Shown one piece after another: positions 52,301 through 64,000 of a DNA stretch of 64,000 nucleotides. The notes below the pieces were generated by a model. It had not been told where the DNA came from. It searched no databases and saw only the letters and a program-made list of their open reading frames with translations. Source of the stretch: Macrostomum lignano (lineage: Eukaryota); assembly GCA_002269645.1 (NCBI GenBank), contig NIVC01000126.1, forward strand, positions 62,001 through 126,000, in the 5' to 3' direction. Both the position numbers and the translations under genes were made by a program. Numbering within the stretch: the first letter of the stretch is position 1; every line of letters starts with the position of its first letter.

Positions 52301-55300
52301 TCGGATAGTCTAGCCAAGCTCGGCATCTCCTACGGTGTCGGCATGGTGCTCGGCTCCCTATCCAGTGGTTTCATTATCAAGGCGACCAGGTTTGTGTAGT
52401 GCATTGTATGAAAAGTTATTAAACCTTTGCCCAATGAGTTCTTCAAATATATCACAACCAACGAGGCGCCAATGCATTCTTTGCTCGAGAGACTCTCTCC
52501 TGGACTTACATTGAGAGTTGAGAGTCGTTCATTAAGCACCCGAGACTCGCTCCTAGACCACACCGAGAGTGGTTCATTAGGCACCCGAGACTCGCTCCTA
52601 GACCACATTGAGAGTGGTTCATTAAGCACCCGAGACTCGCTCCTAGACCACATTGAGAGTGGTTCATTAAGCACCCGAGACTCGCTCCTAGACCACATTG
52701 AGAGTGGTTCATTAAGCACCCGAGACTCACTCCTAGACCACATTGAGAGTGGTTTATTAAGCACCCGAGACTCACTCCTAGACCACATTGAGAGTGGTTT
52801 ATTAAGCACCCGAGACTCACTCCTAGACCACATTGAGAGTGGTTCATTAAGCACCCGAGACTCACTCCTAGACCACATTGAGAGTGGTTCATTAAGCACC
52901 CGAGACTCACTCCTAGACCACATTGAGAGTGGTTCATTAAGCACCCGAGACTCACTCCTAGACCACATTGAGAGTGGTTCATTAAACACCCGAGACTCAC
53001 TCCTAGATCACACTGAGAGTGGTTCATTAAACACCCGAGACTCGCTCCTAGACCACATTGGGAGTGGTTCATTAAGCACCCGAGACTCGCTGCTAGATCA
53101 CATTGAGAGTGGTCTATTAACTACACTAGACTCGCTCCCCGATCACATTGAGAGTGGTTCATTAAGCACCCGAGACTCGCTCCTAGAGCACATTGAGAGT
53201 GGTTCATTAAACACCCGAGACTCGCTCCTAGATCACATTGAGAGTGGTTCATTAAACACCCGAGACTCGCTGCTAGATCACATTGAGAGTGGTCTATTAA
53301 CTACACTAGACTCGCTCCCCGATCACATTGAGAGTGGTTCATTAAGCACCCGAGACTCGCTCCTAGAGCACATTGAGAGTGGTTCATTAAACACCCGAGA
53401 CTCGCTCCTAGATCACATTGAGAGTGGTTCATTAAACACCCGAGACTCGCTCCTAGATCATATTGAGAGTGGTTCATTAAACACCCGAGACTCGCTTCTA
53501 TACCACATTGAGAGTCGTTTAATAAACACATTGCCACTGGTTTCTGAATCACGTTGACAGTCTTTTAGTTAAAAAATCGAGAATCACTCCTAAGCTACAT
53601 TGAGAGACGTTAAACATTGCCCAAACCTCTACACACTTGTCCACCTCTCTCCGACCTCTCCTCTCAACAGTGAGCATTACGCCTGCTTCATCGCGGCTGT
53701 TCTCTCATTCGGTAGCATGTCAGCCGTTTGGCTAACCATCCCCGCTAATCTGAAGGCTTCCCCTGTTATGTCAAAGTCTTCAACAGCCTCCTCCTCGGCA
53801 GATGACGCCAATGAGGCTGGCTTCAAATCGTCTTCATCAGGCGCTAAGGTATTCGACTTGGCGAAATTCTCCGAGTTCCTAGTGAAGAATCGACGAACTC
53901 GTTGGCTGCTGGCGGTGAAAGTTGTCACAGGAATTCCTATTGGCCTACTGCAGAGCATGATGCCAATCATTTCTGTCAAACAGCTGGGCGCTACGCCTCA
54001 GATTAGCGGAATTATGATGGCGTACGTTGCTGTAGTGTCAATGGCTGTGCAAGGTCTTGGCATCTCTGTGCTGACTAAACGATTTAGCGACAGCCTGTTA
54101 CTGACTGTCGGTTGTGCCATTCTCACAGTGGGATATTTCATGTTGGCAAGTGCTTTGACCATTGAATTATATAGATCGTGATACACATCTTTTCCAGCTA
54201 TTTTCCTTAATGCTGTGAACTCACTTTTACAGGCGTTTCTTGGCACCCAGATCTACTACTTATTCGTGTGCATTCTGCCTCTGGTTATCGGCCTGACACT
54301 TATCAATGTGCTGGTAAGCAGTGCGCTCACCAATGCTGTGTCGCTGGAGGATACCGGTAAGTAATCAAGTCGTGATTTATCTACTTAGAATCGAAAATTT
54401 TATTACCGTTTCAAAAAGGCGGTACATTCCATTAATAAGAGTAATATACTAAATATTCTGCAGACATAAAGTAACACCCTTGAACTCAGCGTGAAAGCAA
54501 GCTGTCAGTAAATCACTGAGTATCGCCCAGAACACACCTTGAGAGTCGTCAGTAGATCATTAGGAATCGCTTCAGAACACACCTTAAAAGTGGTCAGTAA
54601 ATCACTGAGTATCGCCCCAGAACACACCTTTAGAGTCGTCAGTAGATCATTAGGAATCGCTTCAGAACACACCTTGAGAGTCGTCAGTAAATCATTAGGA
54701 ATCGCTTCAGAACACACCTTGAGATTCGTCAGTAAATCACAGAGAATCGCTCCAGAACACACCTTGAGAGTCGTCAGTAAATCATTAGGAATCGCTTCAG
54801 AACACACCTTGAGAGTCGTCAGTAAATCACTGAGAATCACCCAAGAACACACCTTGAGAGTCGTCAGTAAATCATTAGGAATGGCTTCAGAACACACCTT
54901 GAGAGTCGTCAGTAAATCACTGAGAATCGCCCAAGAACACACCTTGAGAGTCGTCAGTAAATCACTGAGAATCGCCCAAGAACACGCTCTGTAAGCCTCT
55001 CTGATGAGGCACTCTCTGAGGGTCACTCGTCACTATAGGACCCAAGAATGAGAGTAGACGCTAATGTACTTTGAAAATCGTTGTAATAGCACAAATTTGA
55101 GTGCAATTCGCCCGTACAAATCATAGCTTGCATCCATCAAAATCCGCAGGCTCTGTACTGGGCATCAACATGTCAATCAATAGCGTTATTCGCATCGCTT
55201 CGCCAACGCTAGGCGGCCTAATGTTGGACAATCTCGGCGTCTGGTCGTTTGGCTTTCTCGGCAGTGTCAACAGCGCCTTGGTTGCCGCCTATATATTGAG

Positions 55301-55322
55301 GGCGCATTTGAAACGAGTTTAA
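49383..55322 (+). CDS. SLC22A18: MFS transporter, SLC22A18-like, 417 aa, 5 exons
   Basis: Exons 49383-49731, 52257-52389, 53671-54145, 54233-54356, 55150-55322 (1254 nt). Motifs FGYLQTMFAAVQLLGGPLFGRFGDLYGAR, SRLP, QMVVTDLS...LAKLGISYGVGMVLG, AVSLEDTGSVLG, RIASPTLGG. Confidence 0.88.
50524..51246 (-). mobile_element. Truncated Crypton-type (DUF3504/tyrosine-recombinase related) ORF in MFS intron 1; element roughly 50140-51835
   Basis: LRKRNGEYFAPATLICIRAALYRHF...NILTDDAFYASNTTL...GGRARHFQSIEPVDLKRL resembles the CryptonA/DUF3504 N-terminal region; it stops before the catalytic domain; flanks carry repeated GTCTATGG motifs and inverted repeats. Confidence 0.65.
52530..53515. repeat. 45-bp minisatellite (GACCACATTGAGAGTGGTTCATTAAGCACCCGAGACTCGCTCCTA)n, about 22 copies
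   Basis: Read directly; MFS intron 2; accounts for ORFs 52330-53557. Confidence 0.96.
54505..54990. repeat. 45-bp minisatellite (GAGAGTCGTCAGTAAATCATTAGGAATCGCTTCAGAACACACCTT)n, about 10 copies
   Basis: Read directly; MFS intron 4. Confidence 0.95.
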
Positions 55323-56214
55323 ATGACCTTTTCTGTTATAAATTTGGTTTCACTTTTCGCTTGATTGCGCAACTGTGATTCTTTTGCGATCGTATCGATT
55401 GTTAACTAATAAAAAAGGCAATAATTTTTCATTTTTTATGCCATGTTTTCTTCTCATCATGGCTTTTCGAGTATTCTGGGCCAATACTACTGTAATACGA
55501 GTAGTATCATTGTTGTTATGTATTGATTATTGACTACTAGATTAGCTATATTATAGATCGGATAGCGTAATATTAATTTTGCGTTTGTTTTCTAATCTGG
55601 ATTGAAATTAAATATTTTTTGCGTGATTTAGCATTTTATTGTTTCTTTTAGTGTACCGTCTTAATTTTTGTACTGTTGCCAAGAACTGCCGATTATTTTA
55701 ATTTATAAATTAGTTTGCTGGTGCTTTAATTAACTCCTATATACAGGCTATTTGATATTCATTGTTTTTTGGAAAACAATTTATTATTGGTGATGGTTAT
55801 TGTAAATAGGAAAGACTCCACCTGGTTTATTTAATTGTTTTTATTCATGACGAATGATTTTTTATTTTGATAGAATAAATTTATCTGAAATATAGACGCG
55901 TTATGCTTTGCAAATGTGAATTTGTTTTTATTATTAGTTTGGATTAAAAACAGAAACTCCTAGCTTTTGGTTGAGAATTTCGTCCAACAATTTTGTCTTT
56001 TGTCGGTAGAAAATTTGGGGCTAAAAGCTAGATTAGCAGATACATGTATATAAAAATATACGGATGTTTCTGACCATTCTCGGCAGTCTCACCAATAGAC
56101 TGCATGTAAAATGTATCAGCTGCTGCACTGCATGCTGACTATCTAGTGTTTAAAGTTTAATGTCTAAAGTTACAATAGAAATATCCATTAAAATCTAAAA
56201 TTCAACTTCGCAGT

Positions 56215-57774
56215 TCAGAGTCGCACAAAGTCCAGCCGGTTCTCCCCCGCGTCGCGGGCCAGGCCGCACACTCCGCGCAGAATATCGTCCACTTTAGTCT
56301 CGTAGTCGCGCGAGAATCTCACCCGATAGCGCTGCATGATGGCCGTGAAGGTGAGGAAAATCTCCAACTTGGCCAAACTCTCGCCCGGACAGGCCCGCTT
56401 GCCGACGCAGAACGGTTCCAACATCTTTGATGGAGCGTAGCGGCTGTCCTCGGTCAGGAAGTGACCCGGATAAAATGTATGCGGTCTCTTCCAGTACTTT
56501 GAGTTTCGATGCAGTCCGTACAGGAATGGCACAATGGCTGCGTCGGCCGGAATGAGATAGCCTCGGAAGTACGTGTCTTTTATAGCTCTGTGAGATATCG
56601 CATTTGGAGCCAGAGATGCGAACCGCATGCTCTCATCGATGACAGCCTGCGTGTAGTGCAGCTGCGCTTTGTCCGACAGCTGCGGCTGTCTCTCCGTTCC
56701 AGCAACTCGGTGAATCTCCTCCTGGACATTGTCCTGCGCCTCCGGGAACGCGGCCATGTGGATCATGAGCCACTCCAGCGTCTTTGCCGTGGTATCGGTG
56801 CCAGCAACGAACAGTTCCATGCTAACCCTGACTAGCTGGAATTTTTTGAACGTCTCAAAGTCACCCTTGGCTTCAGCATTTCGGCGCTCTATAATGTAGG
56901 CATCGCACAGGCAAGTTCCTTCGGCATCAGCATCGGTAGAGATCAGAGCCTCTCGCTTAGTAATCTCTTCCTCGATAAACGTTTGAATGTCTTGGACAGT
57001 TTTAACGATTTTTCTAGTCATTGGCAGAAGACTGAGCAACTTGGACAGGTAGGGAAAGAGAAACGGTAGTGCACTCAGTAATCCTACGTCGAAGAGAAAC
57101 TTTGAATTCTCTAAGAATTTTTCGTATCTTTTGTCTTCGTTGGCGTAGCGCCTACCGAACACGAGCATAGCAATGACGCTGTTAGTCAGGGCATTAAAAT
57201 GATCGATCACCTTGACCTCAGTCGGTTGCTGCTCCAGTTTTTCCATCAGGATGCGAATCTCTTCATTGATAAACTCCACAGATTCCGTGCGAGCAAAGCC
57301 AAAGTCTCTCAGGACCCGTAGAGACACTCTTCGTTGCTCAGACCAGACTCGACCTTCGACAAAGAGTATTCCGCAGCCTTGAGCTGTCCGCTGAGCGGCT
57401 GGGGGCAACTGCCTGCCGGAAAAGACGTCTTCGCTGAGCATCTCTTTGAGCAGCTCATAGGAGGACACAACTATCATCAGGCGGCTGCCCATTCGGTACG
57501 AATAGATACCACCGTATTGATGTCGCATCTTCTCCTGACTCTCTTCCAAGTGTTTCAGGTCGAGCCAGGGCAACCTGCCAAGAATAGGCAAGCCCAAAGG
57601 TCCTGGTGGCAGTCTATAAACCCGATAGTAAGCTCTGGCCGCGTACAGCAGCGCCACCGCGGCTCCAGTGGCTGCAGCCAGGCTTTTACCATTGGCGAGG
57701 CAAAAATCTTTGGCACTATCTAGAGCTTCGGCGCTAACTAGCTTGCTGACAAATTGGCGCACGTTCTCGGACAT
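56215..57774 (-). CDS. Cytochrome P450, clan 2-like, intronless, 519 aa
   Basis: N-terminal anchor then PPGPLGLPILG, WxxxR (WSEQR), I-helix ELFVAGTDTT, ExxR (ESMR), heme motif FCVGKRACPG. Confidence 0.96.
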   Translation of the reverse strand: MSENVRQFVSKLVSAEALDSAKDFCLANGKSLAAATGAAVALLYAARAYYRVYRLPPGPLGLPILGRLPWLDLKHLEESQEKMRHQYGGIYSYRMGSRLMIVVSSYELLKEMLSEDVFSGRQLPPAAQRTAQGCGILFVEGRVWSEQRRVSLRVLRDFGFARTESVEFINEEIRILMEKLEQQPTEVKVIDHFNALTNSVIAMLVFGRRYANEDKRYEKFLENSKFLFDVGLLSALPFLFPYLSKLLSLLPMTRKIVKTVQDIQTFIEEEITKREALISTDADAEGTCLCDAYIIERRNAEAKGDFETFKKFQLVRVSMELFVAGTDTTAKTLEWLMIHMAAFPEAQDNVQEEIHRVAGTERQPQLSDKAQLHYTQAVIDESMRFASLAPNAISHRAIKDTYFRGYLIPADAAIVPFLYGLHRNSKYWKRPHTFYPGHFLTEDSRYAPSKMLEPFCVGKRACPGESLAKLEIFLTFTAIMQRYRVRFSRDYETKVDDILRGVCGLARDAGENRLDFVRL

Positions 57775-58533
57775 TTTCAGGCACCTGAATGCTGTTGCTT
57801 TACGTTTTCCTTGTTACTAGAATGTTGAATGTTTCTTGCTGGTCACGAAGCTCCAGTGGCTGGGTTTTTAATCCACGAATTGTGTCTAAAAAACGCCTGG
57901 CCTTTAACTATAGCAGCTAGCCCGTAATTTATGTCAGACGCAAGCAATACGCTCGTATTTCAATTTGTTTATTTTAAGCTCGTGGCTTTCTTTATAACTG
58001 TTGTCTCAACAATTGGTCTTGCTTTTGAGTACATTAGTTGCATGGACTGGGTGAAGTGAAACGAAATCGCTGTTAGCAAGAGGGTAGGAGAAATCAACCG
58101 ACACGCGCGTGATGTGTGAACAAGCATCCAGCCTTGGCAGCAACTCCCCAGATGCACAAGATCTGCATGCCTAAAAATAGCCCTGATGATCGGCGAGCGA
58201 GAAGCCCAGCCATGCGACCCTCGCGTGATGCATGAATCTCCTCTGGCCGACGGCTCCTATTGGGCCTCCCCATTCCACTTTCTTCCCCTATTCCTCCTTG
58301 CAGTACAGTGTAGTGTGTTAGCTTATAAAATATACTGATTGAAAAGGAAAGATCCTCGCCCTGAAGTTTGAGAATGTGACTCTAGAGATCACACAGAGAA
58401 AGTACCATCGAGTCCATTGTTCGTTGTCTTCCTGAACTTGGCAGAAGGAAACGATTATATGGGAAAACCCGTATAAATTGTCGTTTCATGGGCAAAAATG
58501 CAAACTGAAGGCTGTTGCGGGTCACCTCCCCCC

Positions 58534-58570
58534 GCAGCCAATCTTGCAGCCAATCTCCATGCAGCCAATC
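58534..58570 (+). promoter_or_regulatory. Three tandem CCAAT boxes (GCAGCCAATC x3) between the divergent CYP and KH-like genes
   Basis: Motifs read directly; function inferred. Confidence 0.35.
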
Positions 58571-59323
58571 TTGGCACGAAATTGGCGGAATGCAACGGCC
58601 AAAGTCTAATAAAGAGGCTTATCTATAAGTTTTATTTCACGGTCAGGGTGTGCTTCTGCTGTGAAGCTGCTTGTAAGCACTGAAAAAACAACGACCTCTA
58701 CTCGTCTCGACCACAACTATGTATCCAAACAGACCAGCTCTAGACTAGCCGACCTCAATGGCCAAAAGACAAAAGCGAAGCTGAGATTTGGGGGCCAAGC
58801 CAGCAGCCTGCGAACGAGTGACACAGAAGACTCACAGCCAATGCTTTGGGGAGTTTGGTGGTTGCCTGTGAGAGAGAAGCTACTTGAGCGCTGACCCTAC
58901 CCCGCTCAAACCATTCTTTGATTTGCATTGCGCCTATGTGCCTCGAATAGTGCCTCGAATAATATTCGGTTCGGCGAGTTAGAGATGTGAGCCCTAGCAC
59001 TCATATAGGGCCTTTAGAGGCCAGTGTGTTTGAAAGTATTTCTATCATTTAAGCAGAAGATATATACAGGAAAATAAAACCTGTTACTGCTCTTGGTGGC
59101 TTATTTACTAAAAATTGAGTTACTTTTGTGATCCAGCTAATTTTTATATCATTAGGTATGATTACTATATAGTGTCCTGATAATTACAGTGGGGAGTTTT
59201 GCAGGTTGTGTCAATCGTGTCAAAATTAAATACTTTCTAAGTAAGGTTAAATTTAATTTGCTCCTTCTGCTTTACTAAGCCTGTAGCTATCCATGCGAGC
59301 ACGACTTAGGTATCGTTTAAGTA

Positions 59324-59630
59324 ATAAGAATAATGATAATAAGTGATAACACCAGCTCTAGTGGGCAGATGTGCAACCGACAGCTCAGCCGCAGCTATTG
59401 CGCGGCGCATCTGAAGGCTGCGTACGGCTGTTCAGTCCAAGGACTGGGGGGTCGCCACACCCCTCAATTACCCCCCAGCTAATGCTGGCACCCATTTTAC
59501 AGCTGGGTGAACTGAAGCAATGCAGAGTGAAGTGTCTTGGTCAAGAACACAAATTGTACCGAGTGGGATCAGGAATCGAACCCCCGACCTTCCAGAGTGA
59601 GTCCGACGCTCTAACCACTAGACTACCCCC
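59324..59630 (-). mobile_element. Full-length tRNA-derived SINE with 13-bp TSD
   Basis: Minus-strand head GGTAGTCTAGTGGTTAGAGCG...GGTTCGATTCC (A and B boxes); CORE-like CAGCTGTAAAATGGG body; (TTA)-rich tail; TSD TATCGTTTAAGTA at 59311-59323 and 59631-59643. Confidence 0.92.
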
Positions 59631-60321
59631 TATCGTTTAAGTACTTTTCAAGCAGTCCTTGTATCCAAGACCAAGCTTCGTGATGAATCAGCCCTCTGTT
59701 CTGATCAGGCTAATAAACAGAGGATGTATTCCCCATGTTGCAACCTGTGCCTCTTGCAAATGTGTACTGCATCTGGTCCTGGAGGTCTGCTGCCTTCATG
59801 ATAATTAAGCCCTTAATCAACTGTCGAAATGGTATAGTGCTGTCAGGTTTTTTTGAACGAACTTTTCCGGCATCGATAAATAATCGTCGGTTGAAACTGC
59901 GGATACGGCGCTCGTAAAGTATACTTTTTATTAGCAGTGCAGTTTTGATGAGGTCTAACAGCAAAAACAAGTACTTGATAAAGCAGAGAATCACTTCCGT
60001 AGCGGAAAGTAGGCCATTGATCGGAATTAAGCGGAGGTATCGCTTTTTGTTTAAAGTTGTATAAGCATTGTACGTTTGAGTTAATTTTTTTTACCGGAAA
60101 ACAAAATTCCAAAACAAAATATTTCACTAGCCAAAGCATATCCTTCAGCAGTAGTATAAGCGCTATACGACAAAGATGTCTATGGACAAAGATATTTCCA
60201 GACTTTATTAAAACACTTTGCGAGCCCGTACCTGTTAAAGCAAGTTTTAAAGTAAGTCCTACGTAGCTCAGTGCCTTAGCAAACAAAGGTGTTAGACGAA
60301 TTGAATAGTTACAAGCCGCAA

Positions 60322-62820
60322 ATGGGCAACGGCTTCTCTTCACCGTCGCGTACAAACAAAGACAAAAAGTCCACCAGAGCATCTTTTAACCTCAACTCTC
60401 AAGTGCAAAGCGTTCGTCGAAGCAAGTCAAACAAGCTCAAGCAGCAGCGACAGCAAACTCAGCGGCCGAAAGATGGCCGGAGGCAAAGCCAGACTGTCCG
60501 ATGCGCTTGCGAAGAGTTTGACAAAGCCTACTCTGGCAGCAACAGCAGCAGCAGCAGCGGCGATGCACTTTGCAGCGAAGATTCATCACAGCCAAACGAT
60601 TGCTGCTTTACTGAGACCGAGAGCTCGTTGACTGCTACAGCTGAGCTTGAAGCACGTGAGCAGCAACAGCAACAACAACACCAACAACAACAGAAGCAGC
60701 AGCAGCAGCAGCAACAACAACAACAACAACAACAGCCTGGTCAACAAGGTGCACTCTTTTGTGGCAACGATGCAGAGATCGACGACAATGATGAATGCTG
60801 GCTTACTAGCAATACCGCCGTGAGTTCGTCTGTAGCTTCCTCTTTTGAATTCTCTCTTCTCTCTTTCTGTTCTCTTCTACAGACACTCGTACTGCTCATA
60901 ATTCCCAGTGGCCTGAAGTATATCTGTCTGTACGTCTGTTATACGTCAGAGTATGTCTGTACGTCTCTACCTGACGATTCATTCTCAACATCTGCGGTTA
61001 GACTGTCGCCTTTTAGTACGAGCATAGCATCCGTGTGTAGAATAAATTTCTAACACTTCTTATAACAAACCATGGAAATTCATGAAACCGTTCAACCTGC
61101 AGATTCCGACATCTAAAGTGGATCAGTGTCACGAGCCCCTTGCTAGAAATGATCAGACGCTGAAGCAGCAACTGATGCAGCAAATTAGCATCAGTCAACT
61201 TGAGCATTCCAAGCAACAAAGTCAAAGCTGCTTTAGTGAAAAGAAGATTCCTGATCCAACAGAAAACTTGTTTGACAATCTTCAGCAACAGTTTAGTTGT
61301 CAGCATCAGATGCAGCAAAGCTACAATTTTGCTGTACCAGCCTCCAATGCATGCAATAGCAGCATGCAGTATCAGCAGCAGCAGCAGCAGCCACATTCTC
61401 AACAGATTTACAATGTACCAGATTCTTCGTGTATCACCTCGGCAATTCCTGCAGCACCAGTAGTCGTTGGCCCTATTGTAGCAAACACCATGCCTATTAA
61501 AGAGCCTACTGCCAATGCATCCACTGGTTCTGCTTTTGGCGAAAAGCAGTCCGCTGTTGAGGTTTGATTTTATTCTATGAAGCAGCTTTTTTTAAAGTGA
61601 AAACTGTTTCTTAAGCAGTCAGATCAGATTAAGGCAGATCAAGGCATCGACATTCTAGACAAGCTTTAAAATTAATCGAAGCTAGCTATAGCTATTAATT
61701 GAACTTCCGCTCATATACTATATAGACAAAGTCACCTACTTTCCAAGAAAATAATTTGCATTATTATCGAGCTTTTCAACTCCTCACAGCCAGAAACTAC
61801 GGTTCGTCGTACAGTTTACGTTCCCCAAAACTGGACAAGCGTCATCAGCTTCGTGCACGGAAACGACATGGAGGCCGTCATGCGGCAGTGCCAAGTGGAC
61901 ATAACCGTATCCTGCTGCTCGGTGGAATGCAGCAAACGGGAGAAGGACACCCTGGGCACCGCGCGCAAACGGGCTGTTCATTTCTGCGCCAAGCGGAGTA
62001 AAGACATTACAGCAGCGATTAACGAGCTCATGGTGTCTATGCCTGTGCTGATGAGTCAGCCCGACTTGCCTGAGCGATCTTGGCTGAGTAGTGCTGCTCC
62101 AGACACAACGTCCGACCGGGATCAAGAGCCGTCTAATCCGCAGCCAACCCAGCCATTGATGTCGTCCCAAAATGTCGGGCCTGAAGCGTCTGCTGCTAGC
62201 GGTGACTTCTGTGGCATTGATGGCGCCGTGGAAAACTCTGCCGAGTCAATGAGTAAGGATTCTTTGACGAGTCTCTCAAACTATTTCAAAAATTTTTCTG
62301 GATGCTTTCGTCTAATTCAGTGTGGACATGACGGGCCGTTTCTAACAAGAGTTCTCATAGGCTTGTGTTGCAGGACAATCGAATACAACTGATAGCAATT
62401 ACGACTCAATCATGCTGCACCCGCTCTCCCGCAGCCGCTGAGCAGCCCTATGCAACTGACAGCTTTGGCGGCAGCGCTATGAGTCGTCGGCAATTAAACG
62501 AAGCTCGCCCCCTGACACTGGAGGTTGACGTCGAGAACAGCTCGTCGGGCTTGCTGCCATTTTTTCCTGGCAGCTGCGATCGCCGCGGTGCGGTAGTCTC
62601 CGCCCGCAGCGGCTGTAGCATAGAGATAACCGACCGCATCAGGCGCCGTCCGAATGGCGAGGAGAGGCGCGTCATCCGAGTCCAGGCGCCAAACATGTCG
62701 GCATTGGAGAAGTGCGCTCAGCTTCTAGACTTGCACTTTCCTAGCATGGGCGCTAGAGCTCGGTTCCGGGAATGGCGAGAGCGAACTGACTTGCAGGCAA
62801 AACAGCTTAGGTTTGGATGA
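60322..62820 (+). CDS. Uncharacterised polyQ protein with two degenerate KH-like domains, ~601 aa
   Basis: Exons 60322-60819, 61103-61561, 61790-62252, 62435-62820 (1806 nt, phases match). Beta-alpha-alpha-beta-beta-alpha patterns RRTVYVPQNW...VDITV...RAVHFC...DITAAINEL and LEVDVENS...SIEI...RVIRVQAPNMSALEKCAQLL. Confidence 0.65.
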
Positions 62821-64000
62821 AATTTATAGATTATTTTTGTTTCCAAATGGTTTAAACAAACTGTCTGTTAGAGATACTTTCTGCCTAAAAAGTTATGATT
62901 AGCTATAGCCTTGATACCTTTGAGAGTGTGTCAAGCTGCTTTCCAGCTTATAGTTAGTATCGTAATATACATGTACATGTATTCTGGATAGAATAAATAT
63001 ATATAGAAGGTATCCGTCTCGCACATTATCAGCACTGATCAGCAGGGTGCAGCTGCAGTTTCGATTATTGTTTTCTGTGATAGCTGTGTAGTTTTTTGCA
63101 AAATTTTGTATTTTAGAAACCACATCAACACTACCAATTAACTTGGTCATTTCGATTCACAGATAGAGCCGTAAAGCTTTATTTCACAGGCTTTTCTGAA
63201 ATTTTTTAGTATAGTACATGTAAATATAGGCTTCCAGAAGATTTTGATGTAAAAGAATTTTATTTTAAATATACTAGTAGCTATGTAATAAAGGTAAAAT
63301 TTCATTACTAAACTAAGAAAACTTACTAAAATGCAGCAAAAGTGTATGTTGTTTAGTTTCTTGACTCCGCGACAATTAATAATGAATTTCAGCAAAGAAT
63401 AGAAAGTCATGCATTGATGTATTATAAGAACCTGTATTATTCCATGAATAGCATGTGCAGTTTTGCATGATGTCAAAGCCGGTCCGTTGGGATCCGCTTT
63501 CTCGGCCGCTATAGCCAGCTTTTTCGCTATACCGCTTTGACTTTTATGGCTCCTAGCTGCGTTCAATTAATCGGTCTGGCAAGAATAGCTCGTACATGAC
63601 TACGTAATGTGCAGATTGTTGTCGATTTTCAGAATTCTGACGCAAAAAACGCAAATTATACTACTATCTGAAAATGAAGTAAGTAGTATACAAAAACGCT
63701 ATCCTAAGCGTGATGTGGCAATATGTAGTCGTAATAATCCATGTGCTCATATATGTACATTAATTCCATGTTCAATAATCCCTATCTATCTCAAATTGGA
63801 TATGTACATTAATTCCATGTACATTAATCCATATCTCAAATTGTCTATCCCCAATTCTATATGTACACTCACATTAATCTACAGTGTCATCCCCAGACGG
63901 TCTGAGCGCGCACCAAAATTACATGTACAATACTACATGTACGCAGAGGCGAGAATTACTAATCTCATCTACTACCAAATGAGTCAACTAACAGTGTAGC

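Noticed and set aside
52330-55026. 376-, 219-, 188-, 173- and 151-aa repeat ORFs
   Set aside because: 45-bp satellites within MFS introns; the flanking exons splice in phase without them.
55005-55050. Hammerhead ribozyme (CTGATGAG)
   Set aside because: No stem II followed by GAAA and no pairing for stems I and III.
59560-59630. tRNA gene
   Set aside because: A/B boxes are present but there is no complete cloverleaf; the sequence is the head of a SINE with body, tail and TSD.
63147-63999. ORFs at the window end
   Set aside because: AT-rich, no homology or convincing exon chain; partly degenerate CATGTACATTAA repeats.

Overview
Eukaryotic (metazoan) genomic DNA with GT-AG introns. GC-rich, polyQ-rich exons and introns packed with mini/microsatellites suggest a free-living flatworm such as Macrostomum (inference, not proven). 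Exon chains were rebuilt by hand with consistent intron phases: an SRCIN1/KIAA1217-like AIP3-domain gene (+, 10645-18801), FAM78 (+, 21455-23152), BRIP1/FANCJ Fe-S helicase (-, 33613-25013, 11 exons, no genomic ATG found), an intronless F-box/LRR gene broken by four 1-nt indels (+, 46351-48174), an SLC22A18-like MFS transporter (+, 49383-55322, one probable GC-AG intron), an intronless clan-2 cytochrome P450 (-, 57774-56215), a gene with two degenerate KH-like domains (+, 60322-62820) and a weak unknown gene (+, 1577-5668). Mobile DNA: three tRNA-headed SINEs (one with a 13-bp TSD), a hAT MITE with an 8-bp TSD, a truncated Crypton-type element inside the MFS intron, and a possible 8.3-kb CAC...GTG element holding a 10 x 666-bp array directly upstream of FANCJ. 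Best leads: FANCJ may take its start codon from a trans-spliced leader AUG; an inverted minisatellite pair brackets the first exons of the AIP3 gene; several intronic minisatellites are built from promoter factor motifs (CLEAR/E-box, ETS, CCAAT plus GC-box). Most long ORFs in the supplied track are translated repeats. No CRISPR, rRNA or genuine tRNA was found.
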